A stretch of 64,000 bases of DNA from Desulfobacteraceae bacterium. Its GTDB lineage: Bacteria; Desulfobacterota; Desulfobacteria; Desulfobacterales; Desulfosarcinaceae. Location: positions 1,357-65,356 of the forward strand of contig JBNLAV010000087.1 of NCBI GenBank assembly GCA_050302315.1. The letters are read 5' to 3'. Below the pieces are notes generated by a model, which saw only the letters and a list, made by a program, of their open reading frames with translations, ran no database searches and was not told the origin of the DNA. A program made the position numbers and the translations under genes. Positions 57,624 through 64,000 of this stretch are shown one piece after another. Within the stretch, counting starts at the first letter, position 1, and each line of letters begins with the position of its first letter.

Positions 57624-58564
57624 AATTAACCAGTATTTTCATTATCGCTATAGCAATTCTGGCATTCGCCGGTTACAATTCTCTATACACCATCGATGAG
57701 ACTGAGCAGGTGGTCATCACCCAGTTTGGGAAAATTGTGGGGGAAGCCAAGAAAGATCCGGGCCTTCATCCCAAAGTCCCCTTTATCCAAAAGGTGAATG
57801 TTTTCAAAAAAAATCTGCTGGATTGGGATGGTGAGAAAGGTCAGATTCCCACCGAAGAGAAAACCTTTATATGGGTGGATTCGTTTGCCCGCTGGCGCAT
57901 AGAAGATCCCATCAGGTTTTTCCAGACGGTCAACAATGACATCAACGCCTTGGGCAAACTGAACGACATTATCGACCCTGCGGTGCGCAACGCGATCTCG
58001 TCCAATCGACTGATCGAAGCGGTTCGCAGAAGCAACCGCGCCATGGAGGTCTCGGATACCGACCTGGAAAAGCCGGGGCTGGAAAAGCGCGCTTTCTTCA
58101 CTGTTGAAACCGGCCGGGAGAAACTTACCCGACAGATTCTGCAGGCAGCCCAACCCAAGCTGAAAGCGTTCGGCATCACCCTCGAGGACGTCAAGATAAA
58201 GCGCATCAACTACGTCGATAAGGTACGCGATTCGGTTTATCAACGCATGATCGCCGAGCGGAATCAGATCGCCGAGAAATTCCGCTCGGAAGGAAAAGGC
58301 GAGGCCGCTAAGATCCTTGGTGACAAGGAGCGTGAATTGAAGCGCATTCAATCAGGGGCGTATCGCAGGGCCCAGGAGATCAAAGGTAAAGCGGATGCCG
58401 AAGCCACGGCGCTGTATGCCGCCGCTTTCGGCAAAGATCCGGAGTTTTATTCCTTTATCCAGTCACTTGAAATTTACAACCAATCGTTGGATCAGAATAA
58501 CTCCCTGATCATGTCAACGGATTCGGATCTGCTGAAATACCTCAAAGGTTTTTCCGAAGAGTAA
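57620..58564 (+). CDS. hflC: FtsH protease modulator HflC
   Basis: SPFH domain. N-terminal TM. 4-nt overlap with hflK. Confidence 0.9.
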   Translation: MKLTSIFIIAIAILAFAGYNSLYTIDETEQVVITQFGKIVGEAKKDPGLHPKVPFIQKVNVFKKNLLDWDGEKGQIPTEEKTFIWVDSFARWRIEDPIRFFQTVNNDINALGKLNDIIDPAVRNAISSNRLIEAVRRSNRAMEVSDTDLEKPGLEKRAFFTVETGREKLTRQILQAAQPKLKAFGITLEDVKIKRINYVDKVRDSVYQRMIAERNQIAEKFRSEGKGEAAKILGDKERELKRIQSGAYRRAQEIKGKADAEATALYAAAFGKDPEFYSFIQSLEIYNQSLDQNNSLIMSTDSDLLKYLKGFSEE

Positions 58565-58644
58565 CCCGATGGGGACGCAAACCAAGGCCGGATGAGTCGG
58601 CGGAAATACCGTATCGATCCGGCCTGGGCCATTTTTATAATATG

Positions 58645-58683
58645 AAAAAGCACCGTTGCCATTCAAGCGCCGGTGCTTTTTTA
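58645..58683. terminator. Bidirectional rho-independent terminator between hflC and the convergent microprotein gene
   Basis: AAAAAGCACCG / 15-nt loop / CGGTGCTTTTTT. An A-run and a T-run flank the stem. Confidence 0.65.
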
Positions 58684-58715
58684 TGTCCAATAATTGAACC
58701 CCATCGCAGGTGTCA

Positions 58716-58835
58716 TTATTTACCCTTTCTGCGCTGGTGCCGCGTGCGAGCTAATAGCTTGCGGTGTTTATGTTTACGCATTTTCTTTCTGCGTTTTTTG
58801 ATGACACTGCCCAAGATCCCACCTCCTTTCAACAT
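58716..58835 (-). CDS. Arg/Lys-rich 39-aa microprotein (AURKAIP1/COX24-like motif)
   Basis: MLKGGGILGSVIKKRRKKMRKHKHRKLLARTRHQRRKGK. The SVIKKRRKKM.KHKHRK..K.TR.QRR motif is one I recall being annotated this way in Desulfobacterota and related bacteria. Confidence 0.55.
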   Translation of the reverse strand: MLKGGGILGSVIKKRRKKMRKHKHRKLLARTRHQRRKGK

Positions 58836-59011
58836 TCTCCATTTTTGCAATCCGAGATACATAACACCAATGAAATGCCTTTGTCCAACGCTTTTTGTGA
58901 TAAGGCCGGCCAACGCGTCCATCTTCAAAAAGCCAAGCGGGTAGATCGGTGGCCAACCATATATGATGTTATCCGCTTGATATTGTTGTAATTGTATGCT
59001 ATTGGCCCCAT

Positions 59012-59533
59012 ATGGCAACGCAACACAACAGACTGAGGTTCAGCGACGATCAAATTCAGGAGATCAACCATGCGGTCACCATGAGCGAAGAACTGGTGAG
59101 CAATCACTATAAGATGTCGCCCAACGAATGGCTGCGCCCCAGGTATGACGTCAAAACACTGGCCGAGTTGCATCCGACGGAAATCGTCGACGAACCATTT
59201 GCCCAGGTGATCCGGTATCAAGGCAGACCCATTGACGCCGCGCTGGAATCGGATGCCTATGATTTTTATAAAATCTGTCTTCAGGATCACAACATCCTGA
59301 AAGTTATCGAGCAGCACCCCGAAATGCCGCTTCTGGCCTTCAGCGTTTACATCGTGACGCACGAATTGATCCACATTGTCCGCTTCAGCAAATTTTTACA
59401 AAATTTTGATGCCAACTCCGCTGAAAAAATGGCCGAAGAGCGGCGCGTCCACACCTTGACGCATGATATTTTATCCAAAGTCCAGCTTCCGGAAATGGCC
59501 CACGTGCTCGCCTTTTACGAGCGTTGGCGTTAG
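59012..59533 (+). CDS. Hypothetical protein with an HExxH motif
   Basis: 173-aa ORF. VYIVTHELIHIVRFSKF contains HELIH. No other recognisable family features. Confidence 0.5.
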   Translation: MATQHNRLRFSDDQIQEINHAVTMSEELVSNHYKMSPNEWLRPRYDVKTLAELHPTEIVDEPFAQVIRYQGRPIDAALESDAYDFYKICLQDHNILKVIEQHPEMPLLAFSVYIVTHELIHIVRFSKFLQNFDANSAEKMAEERRVHTLTHDILSKVQLPEMAHVLAFYERWR

Positions 59534-59670
59534 TGTGGGAACAAAATCTAACCACGTTGAAATTTATCAAAAAAAGCGCCTTGACAACAGAAAATCACAC
59601 ACTATATTAGACCAGTTTTTTAGACAGGTGCGTGATTTTGACCAGGAATAATAAGGAGGTAGGCCGGCAA

Positions 59671-59955
59671 ATGCCCATCTACGAATACCAATGTGAGCAA
59701 TGCGGAAAACTGGATGAGGTGCTGCAGAAATTTTCCGACAAGCCGTTGACCAAGTGCAAACATTGTTCGGGCAAACTGCACAAGCTCATTTCCCAAAGCG
59801 CTTTCCACCTAAAGGGATCCGGATGGTATGTTACGGACTACGCCGGAAAATCCCAAAAAGATACGAAAAACAAACCGGAGTCGGCGTCCGCCAAAAGCGC
59901 AGACTCGAGCGAAACACCATCCGCTGCCAAGAGCGCGAAAGCCGACAGCGCCTAA
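59671..59955 (+). CDS. FmdB-family zinc-ribbon protein
   Basis: MPIYEYQCEQCGK..CKHCSGKLHKLIS; CxxC..CxxC zinc ribbon with a low-complexity tail. Confidence 0.85.
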   Translation: MPIYEYQCEQCGKLDEVLQKFSDKPLTKCKHCSGKLHKLISQSAFHLKGSGWYVTDYAGKSQKDTKNKPESASAKSADSSETPSAAKSAKADSA

Positions 59956-60214
59956 GCGCCGTCGAGCAACGCAAAGCGGATCGGCAGATGCCGGGTCGAT
60001 CAGGAGTTGGCCCGGCGTATAGGACGATTGCTTATTGATTCGATACGCCAGTACTCGCAATTACGGACTTTCCTAAACATAATGAGAGCGTTGAAAGGGG
60101 GTGACGTCGGAGCCTACGGCGGGTTGCTTGGCGGAATTTGACATTTAAACAGCAATACAAACATAACACTACTTTTCCTGTACCAAGATTACTACTAAAA
60201 GGAGAGATGGAACG

Positions 60215-60502
60215 ATGAAACTTAGACCATTGCAGGACCGCATTCTGGTACAACGCGTTGAGGAAGAAACCACCACCAAAGGTGGCATCATTATTCCCGA
60301 CACTGCCAAGGAAAAACCAGCTGAGGGAAAGGTCGTCGCCGTCGGCAACGGCAAGCTCGGCGATGATGGCAAACGCGTTGCGCTGGAAGTAAAAAAATGC
60401 GATCGCATTCTTTTTGGCAAATATGCGGGCACTGAGGTTAAGATCGAAGGTGACGAGTATTTAATTATGCGTGAAGACGACGTTCTGGGCATAATCGACT
60501 AA
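60215..60502 (+). CDS. groES: Co-chaperonin GroES
   Basis: [35 protein letters not shown]. Confidence 0.97.
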   Translation: MKLRPLQDRILVQRVEEETTTKGGIIIPDTAKEKPAEGKVVAVGNGKLGDDGKRVALEVKKCDRILFGKYAGTEVKIEGDEYLIMREDDVLGIID

Positions 60503-60516
60503 GCATACCAATTTGA

Positions 60517-62193
<1,677 letters not shown>

Positions 62194-62224
62194 CCCTCCA
62201 CTTGCCCAAACCAACGTACAGTAG

Positions 62225-62260
62225 AAGCCTCCGGGGCAACGTGCCCCGGAGGCTTTTTTT
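62225..62260 (+). terminator. Rho-independent terminator after groEL
   Basis: GCCTCCGGGG / 7-nt loop / CCCCGGAGGC followed by TTTTTTT. Confidence 0.85.
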
Positions 62261-62375
62261 ATTTCATGCCTAACGCCCGAAAACCTTGACAAATTCACGC
62301 TAATTAGGTTACTGAAATCAATAAAAAAGCTTTTTTATCACCCGATAACAACACAAATCAGTGGGGATCATCGTG

Positions 62376-63425
62376 ATGAAAATCAAAGCGTACATGCAGA
62401 AATGCTTACCGATGTATTTTACGATCGGGCTGTCTTTGTTGGCCATATGGATCACTCCGGCACTTTCCGACGGACTTCAGAAAAATGCAAAAATCGAGAC
62501 CGGATTCTACTATACGGTAAAAAAAGGCGACACCCTCTGGGACATCTCCCAACGCTTTAACGACACACCCTGGCAGTGGCCCGAACTGTGGAAGGAAAAC
62601 GACCAACTGCCCAACCCCCACTGGATCTACCCCGGCGAACGGATCCGCCTTTTCAGAAAAAGCGACAAGGACAAAGTAAAGATGGCCGCCCCCACGGTAG
62701 TCCCGCAGGTATCGGTCGGTACATCCGAGCCTGCCCCCCAGGTGGACTTCTATTACGGCCGCATGGATCGTATCGGATTTATTCGAAAACCGGCTGTCCA
62801 GGAACTGGGATTCATTTTCAATGTGAAGCATGACAAAAAATTGGTAAGTGCCGGTGATATCGTGTACATTCGTCCACCTGCATCCGGGTCCGTTGTCGAA
62901 TTCGCCCCTGGATCCAGGTTTACCGTCTTTCGAAAATTGAAACCCACCAGTGAGAGAAAATCGGAACAGACCATCGGTACCCAGCATTACCTTCTCGGGG
63001 TAGTGGAAGTGATCCAAAAAGAGCCCGAATACGCCATTGCCGAAGTGACCGAAGCTTTTCGCGCCATCGAACCCGGCGACCTTCTGATGGAGTACAAAAT
63101 GCGCGCCCCGGAACTCGCGGTTACCGAAAGCAGCCCTGACATACAGGGTTCGCTGATCGGAACAGAGGAACATAACGAGCTTATTGGCACGCATATGGTC
63201 GCCTTTATCGACAAAGGCGAAGAAGACAACATCCTCCCCGGACAGCAATACCAGATCTACTTCCAGGAAACCAAAGAGGGCGTGGACGGCAAAGTCATGA
63301 CGCTTGCCCCTATAGACGTGGGTTCCCTGCTGGTACTGCACACCGAGAAATCCACCTCAACGGTATTTGTTACCGAAAGCTACGGCAACATTTTCCCGGG
63401 GCACCTTATCCGCACACCGCAATAA
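62376..63425 (+). CDS. LysM-domain peptidoglycan-binding protein
   Basis: Signal/TM MKIKAYMQKCLPMYFTIGLSLLAIWITPALS. LysM YYTVKKGDTLWDISQRFNDTPWQWPELWKENDQLPNPHWIYPGERIRL. Confidence 0.8.
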   Translation: MKIKAYMQKCLPMYFTIGLSLLAIWITPALSDGLQKNAKIETGFYYTVKKGDTLWDISQRFNDTPWQWPELWKENDQLPNPHWIYPGERIRLFRKSDKDKVKMAAPTVVPQVSVGTSEPAPQVDFYYGRMDRIGFIRKPAVQELGFIFNVKHDKKLVSAGDIVYIRPPASGSVVEFAPGSRFTVFRKLKPTSERKSEQTIGTQHYLLGVVEVIQKEPEYAIAEVTEAFRAIEPGDLLMEYKMRAPELAVTESSPDIQGSLIGTEEHNELIGTHMVAFIDKGEEDNILPGQQYQIYFQETKEGVDGKVMTLAPIDVGSLLVLHTEKSTSTVFVTESYGNIFPGHLIRTPQ

Positions 63426-63536
63426 AGCGCCCATCCGCATAAGACCCGATATACAAAAGGCGACGCTCGATCTAATAACCGAGCGCCGCCTTTTTCGTCT
63501 CCACCACAGTCGAGGGTATAAATTCCACACCCGGTC

Positions 63537-63986
63537 GGCACAGAGGCCGTCCCTACGCATAGCCAGTACTTCAAGTCCCAACGACGGTCTTAATCGGGCG
63601 GGTCGCCGTACCCGCCGAAAACCTTGCACCATTCCATGAAGGAAAAACGCCGGAGGGCGGGTGGCACCGGCAACTTGTTGCCGGTGTTGCGAAGCGACAA
63701 GAGGCCATGGGCAACTGACCGTAGACTTCCTTTCAATCTGATCCCGGGCATGTAATTGCCCGCCCTGTCTTCGGAAAAACCTCCTGGCCTTCGGCCACCG
63801 GCAACAAGTTGCCGGTGCCACCCGAACTGCCGTCCGACAACGGTATTCATTGCTCACGCGGCCGGCACAGAGGCCAGCTCTACGCTTAGCCAGAATTTCA
63901 GGTCCCAGCGACGGTCTTGGCAGGGCGGGCCGCCGTGCCCGCCGAAAACCAAAAACCACTCCATGAAGCGAAAACGCCGGAGGGCG
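63537..63986. repeat. Composite repeat block: two direct ~123-nt repeats flanking an inverted pair of GC hairpins
   Basis: Unit A 63537-63659 and unit B 63863-63986 both run cggcacagaggcc..ctacgc.tagccag..cgacggtctt..gggcgggtcgccgt.cccgccgaaaacc..ccatgaag..aaaacgccggagggcg and are visibly similar. Arms 63659-63686 (gggtggcaccggcaacttgttgccggtg) and 63796-63823 (caccggcaacaagttgccggtgccaccc) are reverse complements. Confidence 0.8.
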
Positions 63987-64000
63987 CCATAGCCAAGGCG

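Noticed and set aside
59956-60214. Heat-shock control elements upstream of groES: a CIRCE inverted repeat (TTAGCACTC-N9-GAGTGCTAA), a sigma32 promoter or a sigma54 promoter.
   Set aside because: No CIRCE-like inverted repeat is present. TTGAAA-N16-CCTAC and TGGCGG-N5-TGAC resemble the sigma32 and sigma54 consensus only loosely, with wrong spacing or wrong core bases.
63537-63986. CRISPR array as an explanation for the direct repeats at the window end, and for the hexamer arrays at 30.77 and 41.23 kb.
   Set aside because: The repeat units are ~123 nt or 6 nt, not 25-40 nt. There are no regularly sized unique spacers and no cas genes in the window.

Overview
High-GC (~60%) chromosomal segment. 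Gene content and repeat types suggest a deltaproteobacterium (Desulfobacterota/Desulfobacterales-like); this is a taxonomic guess only. Most of the window is housekeeping: an Opp/Dpp-type ABC importer, an M24 peptidase, a NodIJ-like ABC exporter, rplM-rpsI, ruvCAB, the full tol-pal cluster (tolQRA-tolB-pal-cpoB), sdhCAB, a chemosensory cluster (REC-STAS, hybrid cheA, cheW, cheB, cheR, REC), mscS, murI, recR-ybaB-dnaX, two tRNA-Ser genes, hflKC and groESL. I saw no rRNA, CRISPR array, integrase, transposase or prophage genes. The accessory content lies between the ABC exporter and rpsI. It consists of an AT-rich stretch (17.9-21.1 kb) of small co-oriented cassette-like genes, including a 5'-truncated thioesterase, followed by a two-gene operon at 21.1-22.5 kb. 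That operon encodes a TIR-domain protein with an unassigned C-terminal domain, placed 1 nt upstream of a pYEATS-like/TIR fusion. It is my top candidate for an undescribed conflict or signalling system. Secondary points are a Che pathway with no receptor gene and a REC-STAS partner-switch-like output, a bactofilin / proline-rich membrane protein / Csd6-like L,D-transpeptidase operon, a HAD/AIR-synthase-like fusion, and several families of structured intergenic repeats. All calls come from reading the sequence and ORF translations and from motif recall. No database search was run.
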